Translations under genes and position numbers: made by a program
Part shown: positions 27,299 to 36,490 of the stretch, piece after piece
Position numbering within the stretch: position 1 is the first letter of the stretch
Layout of the letters: the number at the start of each line of letters is the position of its first letter
The notes under the pieces: model-generated
The model's database searches: none
Told to the model about the DNA's origin: nothing
What the model saw: only the letters and a program-made list of their open reading frames with translations
NCBI RefSeq assembly: GCF_004353825.1
Contig: NZ_SMNA01000001.1
Location: 372,001 to 436,000 of the forward strand
Length of the DNA: 64,000 nt
Direction of reading: 5' to 3'
Source: Occultella glacieicola
Lineage (GTDB): Bacteria > Actinomycetota > Actinomycetes > Actinomycetales > Beutenbergiaceae

Positions 27299-27607
27299 TC
27301 ACAGGTCGAGCGTCGGCTCCACGGAACTGATGGCCTTGCCCTGCGCCCGCGCGTAGTCGATCTCGCGGCGGGTCGCGTCGCCGACGTAGCCGCCCTCGCT
27401 CACCACGCGGACCTCGTCCGCCAGGTCGATCCGCCGCAGATGCAGCTCGCCCAAAGCGTGGCGCAGGGCGGGCGTCGGGTCCTCACCGATCGGCTCGGGG
27501 CCGAGCACGATCACGCCGGTGGCCGTCAATCGTCGCCGCTCCGAACGGAAGAGGTGCTCGAAGCGCAGCGAGCCACACAGGCACACCACCCTGGGCGGGT
27601 TCGGCAC
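27299..27607 (-). CDS. Small Rossmann-like protein (DUF4406 / nucleoside deoxyribosyltransferase-like)
   Basis: VVCLCGSLRF...LHLRRIDLADEVRVV..GGYVGDATRREIDYA..GK. Confidence 0.7.
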   Translation of the reverse strand: MPNPPRVVCLCGSLRFEHLFRSERRRLTATGVIVLGPEPIGEDPTPALRHALGELHLRRIDLADEVRVVSEGGYVGDATRREIDYARAQGKAISSVEPTLDL

Positions 27608-27611
27608 GTCG

Positions 27612-28556
27612 CTACCAGTTCTGGCCGGAGCCGTCCCCACCGCCGGAGGCTTGCTCCTCCGCGTCACGGGACTGCTGAGCCTCCTCGTTCCGGCTCTGTA
27701 GCTCCTCCTGGCGCGGGTCGACCGACTCGCCCCCGGAGCCGGATTCGCTGGGTTCGCCGGAGCCGGACTCGGAGCCGGACTCGCTGGGTTCGCCGGAGCC
27801 CGACTCGGATCCCGACTCGCTCGGCTCGCCGGACTCGGACCCCGACTGGCTCGGCTCGCCCGACTCGGACCCGGATTCGCTCGGTTCGCCGGTCCCGGTC
27901 TCGCTGGGTTCACCGGAGGGCTCCTCGCCCTGTTGCTCCTGCTGCTGTTGCTGCTCTTCGGACTGTTCCTGGCTCTCCTGCTGGCGCTCCTCGGCCTGCT
28001 GGGCCTGCTCGCCGCCGTTGCCCCCGGACTCGCCGCAGTCGGCCAGGATCTCCTGGGCCTCGGTGTACCGGGACGTGGACTGCGCGAAGTCGCCCGCGAG
28101 GCGGGCCTCGTCGCCGAGCCCCTCGACGGCGAGGGAGTAGTTCGTCCGGACCATGCACTCGTCCTCGCCGCGGGGCTCACCGTCCGGCGCCTTCGGCACC
28201 ATCTCCAGCGCGACCCCGAACTCCTGGGTCGCGGCGAAGAAGTCGCCGCCCGCGTAGATGGCGGTGCCCTGGTTGAAGAAGGGCTTCCACGGCTCGATCA
28301 CGTTGAAGAACTCGAGCGCACCGAACCGCTCGGCGGAGGTGTTGTGGTTGGCGTTGTCGTAGGCGCTCTGCCCGGCGGTGTTGATGGCGACGGCGCTGAG
28401 CAGCTTGAGCGCGGCCAGGAACGCGATCACGACGACCGGAAGCGACCACAGCAGCAGCGCGCGACGGCGCTTGGCCAGCTTGTCCGCGAACCGCTTGTCC
28501 CGGATCTCCTCGGTGGTCTGGAACTCCCCGGGCGGCGGCAGGATGTCGAGGCTCAT
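27612..28556 (-). CDS. BatC-like membrane-anchored TPR protein with an acidic low-complexity tail
   Basis: N-terminal TM, EPWKPFFNQG, Q/E/S/G tail ending in NW. Confidence 0.8.
   Translation of the reverse strand: MSLDILPPPGEFQTTEEIRDKRFADKLAKRRRALLLWSLPVVVIAFLAALKLLSAVAINTAGQSAYDNANHNTSAERFGALEFFNVIEPWKPFFNQGTAIYAGGDFFAATQEFGVALEMVPKAPDGEPRGEDECMVRTNYSLAVEGLGDEARLAGDFAQSTSRYTEAQEILADCGESGGNGGEQAQQAEERQQESQEQSEEQQQQQEQQGEEPSGEPSETGTGEPSESGSESGEPSQSGSESGEPSESGSESGSGEPSESGSESGSGEPSESGSGGESVDPRQEELQSRNEEAQQSRDAEEQASGGGDGSGQNW
27731..27923 (-). repeat. Coding tandem repeats, about 6 x GEPSESGSES(GS)
   Basis: 30-36 nt degenerate units visible in both DNA and protein. Confidence 0.8.
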
Positions 28557-29638
28557 CGCGGGTTTCCCCTTCCGGCCGGCTCGGGTTCACGGCGGGAGTT
28601 CTCCCGACGGCGGTCCCTCGTCTCGACCTCGTTCTTGCGGCGGGTCTTCGGTACCTCGCGGGTCAGGTCCCACGCCTCCCAGGCCAGCAGCAACGCCAGG
28701 ATGACGGCGGCCGGCCAGTACACGTCCCGGTAGGTGGTGTTGTCGCGGCGCCCGTCCGCGGCGATGTTCTCGACGTCGATGCCCTCGACCAGGAAGGTCA
28801 CGTCATCGGGGGTGATCCGGTGGGTGAACTCCACGCCGAGCTGGCCGGCGAGCGTGCGCAGGTTGTCCTCGTCGTAGTGCGAGATGCCCGGTTGTCCGTC
28901 CGGCCCGGTGATGTACGGGGCGTCGGTGCCGAAGCCGGTGTCCGAGGTGCCGTCGTAGGAGCGCATCATGCCGCCCTCGGTGGTGCCGTAGCCCATCACC
29001 GCGCCACCGTCGAACAGCGGACCGAGCTGCTCGAAGGACTCGAAGGCACTGCCGGCGGTGGAGTCGGAGCCGTCGGTGTTCTCGCCGTCGGAGAGGAAGA
29101 ACACCAGCCGCACGTTCTCCGGGTTGCGCTCGATCGCGGAGTTCACCGAGTCGGTCAGCGCCTGCAGGGGCCGGTCGATGGAGGAGCCCGCCGAGTAGGC
29201 GGTGATCTCCTGGGTGACCGTGTCCGCCCAGGAGCGCACGGCGCGCGCGTCGGTGGTCATCGGCAGCTGGCGGGTGGCCTGGGAGTCGAAGGAGATGATC
29301 GTGTACCGGGCGCCCGGCATGGCGTTGGTCAACGCCTCCATGTCCGCCTGCACCCCCTCGAGACGGGCCCGGCCGTCGTCGTAGTCCTCCGCCGCCATCG
29401 ACCCGGTGCGGTCGACCACGAAGAACAGCTCGGCGTTCGTGGTGAGCAGCTCGCTGTCCGTGCGCGGCACGGCCGGGCAGAGCCCGATCACCAGGGCGGC
29501 GACGATGATCCCGGTCCGGCGCGCCCAGTCGCGGCGACGTTCGCCACGGGAGGCCTTGATGCGCCACACGGCCAGGGCGATCAGGGGCACGAACACGATG
29601 AGGAGCAGCCAGAGCGGCAGCAGCATGCGCAGGATCAT
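28553..29638 (-). CDS. VWA domain membrane protein (BatB-like)
   Basis: VVDRTGSM MIDAS-like motif, PMTTD, LSDGE; terminal TM helices. Confidence 0.9.
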   Translation of the reverse strand: MILRMLLPLWLLLIVFVPLIALAVWRIKASRGERRRDWARRTGIIVAALVIGLCPAVPRTDSELLTTNAELFFVVDRTGSMAAEDYDDGRARLEGVQADMEALTNAMPGARYTIISFDSQATRQLPMTTDARAVRSWADTVTQEITAYSAGSSIDRPLQALTDSVNSAIERNPENVRLVFFLSDGENTDGSDSTAGSAFESFEQLGPLFDGGAVMGYGTTEGGMMRSYDGTSDTGFGTDAPYITGPDGQPGISHYDEDNLRTLAGQLGVEFTHRITPDDVTFLVEGIDVENIAADGRRDNTTYRDVYWPAAVILALLLAWEAWDLTREVPKTRRKNEVETRDRRRENSRREPEPAGRGNPR

Positions 29639-30675
29639 GTGCGCAACCTCCAGACCGCGAGGAGGTAGATCCCGAGAAGCGCCATCAACCAGGGGAAGTA
29701 CTCCTCCGGCCGGTCGGTGATCACCACCTCGGGGTTGGCGTCGAGCTCGGCCGCCTGTTGGGAGGTGATGTTGTCGATGATGCCGTCCACGGCGCCGGGG
29801 TCGTCGCTGGCGTAGAACAGGCCGCCGTACAGCTCGACGACGTCGCGGTACTCCTTCTCCTGCGCCGCGGACGTCGCGGTGACCTCGCCGGCGTAGAAGC
29901 CGTGCAGCGTGATGCCCCGTTCGTCTACGAGCTCACCCGCCTCGGGAAGCGTGTAGATCTCGTTGCCGAACACCTCGTTGTCCGTGGCCAGGATGATCGA
30001 TCGGGATCTCTCGGTGTCGGTCAGGTCGAAGGACAGGGCGCAGGTGGCCAGCCCGTCCCCGACGAGCGAGGAGGAGCTGTCCCCGAGGCCGGTGGTGCCG
30101 AGCACGAAGTCCAGCAGCCGGTCGTAGGCGGCCGGGTCGAAGGACAGGTCGTCGAGGGAGTCCAGGTCGAAGTCGAGGGCATCCGCGGCGTAGCGCAGCT
30201 CCTCCTCGACCAGGTCGTAGTCGTCGGTCAGTGGGAACACGGTCCGGGAGGTGGAGTTCCAGATCGAGAGGGCGATCCGCTCGCCGTTGAAGCTCGGCAG
30301 CAGCTCGAGGAACTTCTCCACCACCTGGGTGTCGTACTCGATCATCGAGCCGGACACGTCCAGGCACAGCACGATGTCCCGGGTGGCCAGCTCGTCGGAG
30401 CGGGTCACCTTGTCGACGGGCCGCGCCGCGAGGAACCCGGTCGCGACCACGGCACCGACCAGGACCACGGCGAGGCCAGTGAGCAGCACCCGGTACTTGC
30501 TCATCCGGGACCGGAACGAGGGCAGCGTCGTCAGGTAGGACGCGTTCGCCACCCAGGTGACCGAGGTGCGCTCCCGTTTCGCGGCCCGCGCGAACCAGCC
30601 GGCCACGAGCGCGGCCACGGCGACGGCGATGACCGCGGCGATCGCCCACGGGTGCAGGAAGGTCTCGGTCACCAT
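29635..30675 (-). CDS. VWA domain membrane protein (BatA-like)
   Basis: ARP, CLDVSGSM, FPLTDD, LATDN; start at 30675 or 30672. Confidence 0.9.
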   Translation of the reverse strand: MVTETFLHPWAIAAVIAVAVAALVAGWFARAAKRERTSVTWVANASYLTTLPSFRSRMSKYRVLLTGLAVVLVGAVVATGFLAARPVDKVTRSDELATRDIVLCLDVSGSMIEYDTQVVEKFLELLPSFNGERIALSIWNSTSRTVFPLTDDYDLVEEELRYAADALDFDLDSLDDLSFDPAAYDRLLDFVLGTTGLGDSSSSLVGDGLATCALSFDLTDTERSRSIILATDNEVFGNEIYTLPEAGELVDERGITLHGFYAGEVTATSAAQEKEYRDVVELYGGLFYASDDPGAVDGIIDNITSQQAAELDANPEVVITDRPEEYFPWLMALLGIYLLAVWRLRT

Positions 30676-31196
30676 TCCCGGACCACCCCCCGCGCGCTCT
30701 CCGTGGCGCTGAGGGCCTCGGCGTCGGAGTCGGAGGCGAACGCCGGCTCCTGGTAGTCCTCGAGCAGCGTGGTGAGCCGGCCGGTGCCCTCGAGGGTGGC
30801 GATCTCGTTCACGGTCAGCGAGCTGGTGTCCATCCGCAGCCGGCCGTTCGCGAACTCGCGGAGGATGTGGTTCAGGTCCAGGTGCAGGGTGCGCAGGTCG
30901 GACTCGCCCTCCCGGTACCGCGCCTCTGCCGCGTCCACCTCGTCGAGCGTCTCCCGCCGCAGGCCGGAGTACCGATCCCGACGGCCGCCGTCGGCATCCT
31001 TCGCGGCCCGTTCCCGGGTGAAGTAGAAGACCCACCAGTACCAGGCGGCGATCAGGATCAGCAGGGCCGCGCCGACGATCCACACCCACGTCGAGAACGA
31101 CGCGGGGTCGACCGGCTCGTTGATCGGGGCCGCACCGATCTGGGCTACGGCGGGTGCCACCGCGGCAGCTGCGCCGGTCGGGTCAGTGGCGAACAC
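30669..31196 (-). CDS. Single-pass membrane protein of the MoxR/VWA operon
   Basis: One TM helix; overlaps both neighbours. Confidence 0.75.
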   Translation of the reverse strand: MFATDPTGAAAAVAPAVAQIGAAPINEPVDPASFSTWVWIVGAALLILIAAWYWWVFYFTRERAAKDADGGRRDRYSGLRRETLDEVDAAEARYREGESDLRTLHLDLNHILREFANGRLRMDTSSLTVNEIATLEGTGRLTTLLEDYQEPAFASDSDAEALSATESARGVVREW

Positions 31197-32073
31197 GGCG
31201 CTGCCTCCTCAACAGGTCGAACATCCGGTCGATCAGCTCGTCCTCACTGTTGGCGGTCACGGCCTCGACACCCTGACGGCGCAGCATGGCCGCGACGTCG
31301 TGGCGGCGGCGCAGCGCGGCGTCGGCCGCCTCGGCGGAGAGGTCCTTGCGCGAGCGCAGGTACTCGGGTATCTCGAGGTGGGTGTCGACGTCGTCGATGA
31401 CCCGGTCGGAGAACGCGGTGGGCAGCACGTCCCCGATCTGGATGACCATCACCTCGTGGCGGGTCCGCAGCCGCTTCAGGCCGAGTTCGTGCTCGGGCCG
31501 GGGACGGGCCTCGTCGGTGATCAGGACCACCAGGGACCGGCGCGTGAACCAGGTCAGGATCCGGTCGAACACCCGGTTCAGGTCGCTCGGCGGCGCCTCC
31601 AGGTCGAGCATCGACTCGGACCGGCGCAGCAGCATCTCCATGTGCTCGGTGCCGCCGCGAGCCGGGATCTGCACGATCCGGTCCTCGTCGCCGGCCACGA
31701 GGGCCACCAGGTCCCCACGGGCGCGGGCGAGGTAGCAGATCACCTCGGCCGCGAACAGGGCGATGTCGGACTTCATGGACCCGTCCGGGGCAGTGGCGGC
31801 CATGTTCCGGCCGGTGTCCAGGGCCAGCACCATGGCCACGTTGGAGTCGCGGACGAACCGGCGGATCACCGGGTGGCCGGAGGAGGCGCTGGACTTCCAG
31901 TCGATGTCGCCGACGTCGTCGCCGAACTGGTACAGGGCCATCTCGTCGAAGTCCTGGCCGTGCCCGGAGTAGATCGACCGGTGCCGCCCCTCGAGCAGGC
32001 CCGCGGCGCGCCGGACCGTGGGAAGGTCGAGCCGTGCTCGGACCTTCGCCAGGCGCGATCGGGACTGTGCCAC
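31183..32073 (-). CDS. DUF58 domain protein
   Basis: GQDFDEMALYQFGDDVGDIDWKSSA. Confidence 0.92.
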   Translation of the reverse strand: MAQSRSRLAKVRARLDLPTVRRAAGLLEGRHRSIYSGHGQDFDEMALYQFGDDVGDIDWKSSASSGHPVIRRFVRDSNVAMVLALDTGRNMAATAPDGSMKSDIALFAAEVICYLARARGDLVALVAGDEDRIVQIPARGGTEHMEMLLRRSESMLDLEAPPSDLNRVFDRILTWFTRRSLVVLITDEARPRPEHELGLKRLRTRHEVMVIQIGDVLPTAFSDRVIDDVDTHLEIPEYLRSRKDLSAEAADAALRRRHDVAAMLRRQGVEAVTANSEDELIDRMFDLLRRQRRVRH

Positions 32074-32152
32074 GGGGTGGGGCTCCTTGCCGATGGGGAG
32101 AGTGGTCGCCGTCAGTGCTGTCGGTAGCGCGTGGCGGGTGGTCGTGGCCCGG

Positions 32153-33175
32153 TCAGGGGCTCGGCACCGCCGCGTACACGGCGTCGATGAGCGACTCGGG
32201 GGCCACGTTGTTCGCGAGGGCGTCGTAGGTGCGCACGATGCGGTGCCGCAGGATCGAGTGGCGCAGGGCCTTGACGTCGTCCGGGACCACGTAGGAACGG
32301 CCGGCCTGAACGGCCAGTGCCTGGGCGATCCGCATCAGGGCGATGCCACCACGCGGGCTCGCGCCGACCCGCACGTGCTGGTTCAGGTTCGGCAGCGGGC
32401 GGGGACCTCCGCCGCGGGTGGTGTTGATGATGGCCACGATGTACTGCTTGATCGCGGTGTCCACGTAGACCTTCTCCACCAGCGACTGCAGGAACTCCAG
32501 GTCCGGCAGGGAGATCGGCTGCGCCGTGAGCGGGGCGGTCATCGACCCGGAGTTGATCCGCTCGAGGATGTCCACCTCCTCGTCCGGCGCCGGGTAGGTG
32601 AGCACCTCCTTCATCAGGAACCGGTCCATCTGGGCCTCGGGCAGCACGTAGGTGCCTTCCTCCTCGATGGGGTTCTGGGTGGCCAGCACCATGAACGGCC
32701 TCGGCAGCTTGAAGACCTCGCCACCGATCGAGGTCTGCTTCTCCTGCATCGCCTCGAGCATCGCCGACTGGGTCTTGGCCGAGGACCGGTTGATCTCGTC
32801 GAGGAGCACCAGGTTCGCGTGCACCGGGCCGAGCTGGGTGGCGAACTCCCCGGTGGCGTAGTTGTAGATCTGGGTGCCAATGATGTCGTTCGGCATCAGG
32901 TCCGGCGTGCACTGGATCCGGTGGAACGAGCCGCCGACGGCGGAGGCCAGGGTCTGCGCGGCCGTCGTCTTGGCCAGACCGGGCACCGACTCGAGGAGCA
33001 CGTGCCCGCCGGCGAGCAGCGAGGAGACCAGTGCGGTGCGCAGGGGGGCCTGCCCGACGATGCGCTGATCGAACACCCGCGAGATCTGGCCGAGCAGCGC
33101 GGTGGCGCGCCGGGAGTCGTCGTAGGAGATGGGTGAGGCCGATGGCGCGAGGTGCGACGGGGCTGGGTTGGACAT
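32153..33175 (-). CDS. moxR: MoxR family AAA+ ATPase
   Basis: ESVPGLAKT, RIQCTPDLMP, LLDEINR, ATQNPIEEEGTY, GASPR. Confidence 0.95.
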   Translation of the reverse strand: MSNPAPSHLAPSASPISYDDSRRATALLGQISRVFDQRIVGQAPLRTALVSSLLAGGHVLLESVPGLAKTTAAQTLASAVGGSFHRIQCTPDLMPNDIIGTQIYNYATGEFATQLGPVHANLVLLDEINRSSAKTQSAMLEAMQEKQTSIGGEVFKLPRPFMVLATQNPIEEEGTYVLPEAQMDRFLMKEVLTYPAPDEEVDILERINSGSMTAPLTAQPISLPDLEFLQSLVEKVYVDTAIKQYIVAIINTTRGGGPRPLPNLNQHVRVGASPRGGIALMRIAQALAVQAGRSYVVPDDVKALRHSILRHRIVRTYDALANNVAPESLIDAVYAAVPSP

Positions 33176-33337
33176 GGTCTCCCACTCGAGGACGGCGGCG
33201 GATGCATCCGCGATTATGCCAGCCGATCCTTGGAGTTCCCTGGGCGACGACGGGCAGCCCTGCCCATCGGGGGCGGGTGCAGGGCCGCGAACGCGGCCGC
33301 GTCCGAACCGCTCCCGGCCCCGATTAGGCTCGAGGTC

Positions 33338-35362
33338 GTGCCCGTGATCCCCGCCCCACTGCGCTGGGTGGTCGCCGCCCTGCCGACGGCGGTGCTCGCC
33401 TGCGTCCTCGGCCTCGCGTTCTCCGGGGCGGCCGCGCCGACGCTCGTCGCCGACTCCGGGGCACTGGTCCGGTGGGGGCTTCCGGTCGTCACGGTGCTCA
33501 GCGAAGCGGCCGCGGCGGTGACCCTCGGCTCTCTCGTGCTGCTGCTGTTCGTGCTGCCCCGCCCGACGGGGCCGCGCGCGGGCGACCGGGCCGGCGGCCG
33601 GTCCCGGCCCGGCAGGGCCGACAGGGCCGATGGTGCCGCCTGGACCCTCGCGGCCCGCGTGGTCGGCTGGTCCGGGCCGGCCTGGGCGCTGCTGCTGGTC
33701 GTGGACATGGTCGTCGGCTACGCCTCGGTCGCGGGCCGCCCGCTCGGCGGTGCGGGTTTCGGCGACGAGCTCGCCTTCTACCTCACCGAGATCTCCACCG
33801 GCCGAGCCGCCCTGGTGACCGCGATCGTCGCCGCCCTCGCCTCCGTGGCGTGCGTCGCCGTCGCCGGTTACGGCACCGCGATGCTGGCCGCCGTGCTGAG
33901 CTTCTCGGTCCTGATCCCGATCGCGACCACCGGGCACGCGGCCGGCGCCGCGAACCACGAGCTCGGCATGTCCGGCCTGTTCGGCCACCTGGCCTCGGTC
34001 TGCATCTGGATGGGCGGGCTGGTGGTGCTGTGCGTGGTCGCGCCGCGGCTGGGCCGGGACCTGCGGGCCGCCGTCGGGCGGTACTCCACGGTCGCGATCT
34101 GGGCGTTCCTCGGGGTGGGCCTGTCCGGGCTCGCGAACGCGTGGATCCGGCTCGGTACGCTGTCCGCCTTCCTCACCGACTACGGGCTGATCCTGCTCGC
34201 GAAGATCGCCGCGTTCCTGCTGCTCGGGGTGTTCGGGTACGTGCACCGTGAGCGCACCATCCCGAAACTGCCGGCCGACGGCGGAACTCGCGCCGTGTTC
34301 TGGCGGCTCGCCGGGGTGGAGGTACTCGTCATGGCCGCGGCCACCGGGCTCGCGGTGGCGCTCGCCGCCACCGGCCCGCCGGTGGCGCAGGAACCGGTCG
34401 AGGGGCTGAGCCCGGCCGAGGTGCTGTCCCAGTACCCGGTGCCGCCGGAGCCGACCCTGGCCCGCTGGTTCACCGAGTGGGTCCCCGACCTGCTGTTCGG
34501 GACGATCAGCCTGGTCCTGGCCGTGCAGTACCTGCGCTGGGTGTGGCGGTTGCGCCGCCGGGGGGATGCCTGGCCGGTGGCCCGTACGGTGGTCTGGCTC
34601 GTCGCCGTCGCCGCCTTCGCCTGGGTGACCTGCGGCGGCCCGGCCGTCTACGGCCGGATCATGTTCAGCGCGCACATGCTCCAGCACATGAGCACGGTCA
34701 TGGTCATCCCGATCCTGTTCGTCCTGGCCGCCCCGGTGACGCTCGCGCTGCGGGCGCTGCCCGCCCGGCGCGACGGGTCCCGCGGGCCGCGCGAGTGGCT
34801 GCTGGCCCTGGTGCACTCCCGGGCGGCGCGGTTCTTCGGGAACCCGCTGGTGGCCGCGCTGAACTTCGTCGGCTCGATGATCGTGTTCTACTTCACGCCG
34901 CTGTTCGAGTTCGCCCTGACCACCCACCTGGGGCACATCGGCATGGTGGTGCACTTCAGCCTGGCCGGGTACATGTTCGTGAACGTCCTGATCGGGATCG
35001 ACCCCGGTCCGGCCCGGCCGAGTTACCCGCTGCGGCTGCTGCTGCTGTTCGGGACCATGGCGTTCCACGCGTTCTTCGGCATCGCGCTGATCTCGATGAC
35101 CACCCTGCTCGCCCCGGACTACTTCGGGGCGCTCGGGCTGCCCTGGGGCGTGGACGCGCTCGCGGACCAGGAGACCGGCGGTGAGATCACCTGGGGCATC
35201 GGCGAGGTGCCGAGCCTGATCCTCGCGGTGAGCCTGGCCGTGGCCTGGTCCAAGGACGACGCCCGCACCGCCAAGCGCCTCGACCGGGCCGCCGAACGCG
35301 ACGACGACGCCGAGCTCAAGGCCTACAACGCGATGCTCGAGCGGATGTCCAAGGACGGCTGA
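33338..35362 (+). CDS. CopD-CtaG (cytochrome c oxidase assembly) fusion membrane protein
   Basis: TGHAAG, H..W.GGL (CopD); FSAHMLQHM, FHAFFG, DQETGG..W..GE (CtaG); TAGGCT -10 lies 7 nt upstream. Confidence 0.9.
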   Translation: MPVIPAPLRWVVAALPTAVLACVLGLAFSGAAAPTLVADSGALVRWGLPVVTVLSEAAAAVTLGSLVLLLFVLPRPTGPRAGDRAGGRSRPGRADRADGAAWTLAARVVGWSGPAWALLLVVDMVVGYASVAGRPLGGAGFGDELAFYLTEISTGRAALVTAIVAALASVACVAVAGYGTAMLAAVLSFSVLIPIATTGHAAGAANHELGMSGLFGHLASVCIWMGGLVVLCVVAPRLGRDLRAAVGRYSTVAIWAFLGVGLSGLANAWIRLGTLSAFLTDYGLILLAKIAAFLLLGVFGYVHRERTIPKLPADGGTRAVFWRLAGVEVLVMAAATGLAVALAATGPPVAQEPVEGLSPAEVLSQYPVPPEPTLARWFTEWVPDLLFGTISLVLAVQYLRWVWRLRRRGDAWPVARTVVWLVAVAAFAWVTCGGPAVYGRIMFSAHMLQHMSTVMVIPILFVLAAPVTLALRALPARRDGSRGPREWLLALVHSRAARFFGNPLVAALNFVGSMIVFYFTPLFEFALTTHLGHIGMVVHFSLAGYMFVNVLIGIDPGPARPSYPLRLLLLFGTMAFHAFFGIALISMTTLLAPDYFGALGLPWGVDALADQETGGEITWGIGEVPSLILAVSLAVAWSKDDARTAKRLDRAAERDDDAELKAYNAMLERMSKDG

Positions 35363-35404
35363 CCGCCACTCCTTGACCGAGGCGGGTCGCGACCCTGCCA
35401 GCGG

Positions 35405-36328
35405 TCAGCAGGTGGCGAGCAGCCGGGGCAGCACGATGGTGGAGAGGTACTCGCCGTACCCGGGCGGCCAGTCCGGGACATCCGTGGTGACCGGATAGGC
35501 GAGTACGGCCACCACGCAACTGCGGTCGGTGGTCCACGCCTCGGCGGTGAGACCCCACTCGGGGCCGGAGTACGTGCGGCCCTCGGCGCCCGGGACCTCG
35601 AGCGACGTCGTCGGGCTGCCCGCCGGCTGACCAGGTGTGATGTCGATGCCCCGGTTCGTGCGGAATGTGAACCCGACGCCGCTGGGTGACTCGTAGGCGC
35701 CGCCGACCACGGTGTCCATGACGCGGACCGCCGCCGCGAACTCGAGCCCGAGCTCGGCGCCGAGATCGTCGGCCACGAGGGTCGCGTACGGCTCCGCGGC
35801 GGCGCCCTCGAGCAGCGTTCCGGTGGTCAGCGCGTCACTCGTCAACGACGTGGTGGTGGCGACGTCCTCGTCCTCGGGGGTGTTCAGGGACGGGAACGTC
35901 TCGAGAATCTCGAAGGTGTAGGCGTCGAGCACCAGCGCGGACTCCGCCGGCCAGGACGGGTTCACCGGGACGGGGCACGGCGGTGTTTCGGTCGTGTACG
36001 CGACACCGTTCGCGTCCCGGTCGATGCTGTCGACGATCGTCATCGTGACCGTGTCGACGACGACCGTTGCAGGGTGTGCCAGGATCTCGGGCTCCAGGTC
36101 GGCAGGGTCCTCCGGGGTGGAGCCCCACACGGTGACGTAGCTCGAGCCCGGCTCGTACGCCACGAGGTCCGCTGCGGCCTCGGCGCAGTCCGGCGTCTCG
36201 GGCGTGGCGTTCGTGGCGGTGGCCGCCGGCGGTGTGGTGTCCGCCGGGTCGTCCGCGGCTGCCGTGGCACACGCTGACAGAGTCAGGACGAGCGTGCTCA
36301 CTGCGACGATGATCCGAGTGCGATGCAC
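35405..36328 (-). CDS. Hypothetical lipoprotein
   Basis: Lipobox LTLSAC after a basic and hydrophobic leader; AAGGGGG SD. Confidence 0.7.
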   Translation of the reverse strand: MHRTRIIVAVSTLVLTLSACATAAADDPADTTPPAATATNATPETPDCAEAAADLVAYEPGSSYVTVWGSTPEDPADLEPEILAHPATVVVDTVTMTIVDSIDRDANGVAYTTETPPCPVPVNPSWPAESALVLDAYTFEILETFPSLNTPEDEDVATTTSLTSDALTTGTLLEGAAAEPYATLVADDLGAELGLEFAAAVRVMDTVVGGAYESPSGVGFTFRTNRGIDITPGQPAGSPTTSLEVPGAEGRTYSGPEWGLTAEAWTTDRSCVVAVLAYPVTTDVPDWPPGYGEYLSTIVLPRLLATC

Positions 36329-36490
36329 GAGCGGCCCCCTTGACGTCGGCTCCCTGCCGGCACTGGCGGGCGACCGCGCCAGTCTGCCAGAACCTGCGTC
36401 TCGACGTGGAGTGCCGAGACCTCCTCTCCGGTGCGCGGGACCCGTAGGGACGTCAAGGGCACACTCGGTCACTCGGTGATGGCAGCGCGA

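Noticed and set aside
27731..27923. Periodic repeats as a CRISPR array
   Set aside because: Degenerate in-frame coding repeats with no unique spacers and no cas genes
32153..35068. Apparent giant fusions in the ORF track (971-aa MoxR, 1053-aa enolase, 956-aa E2, 1303-aa LTD protein, 1218-aa acyltransferase)
   Set aside because: The N-terminal extensions overlap other real genes; the true starts are downstream, with SD or -10 support
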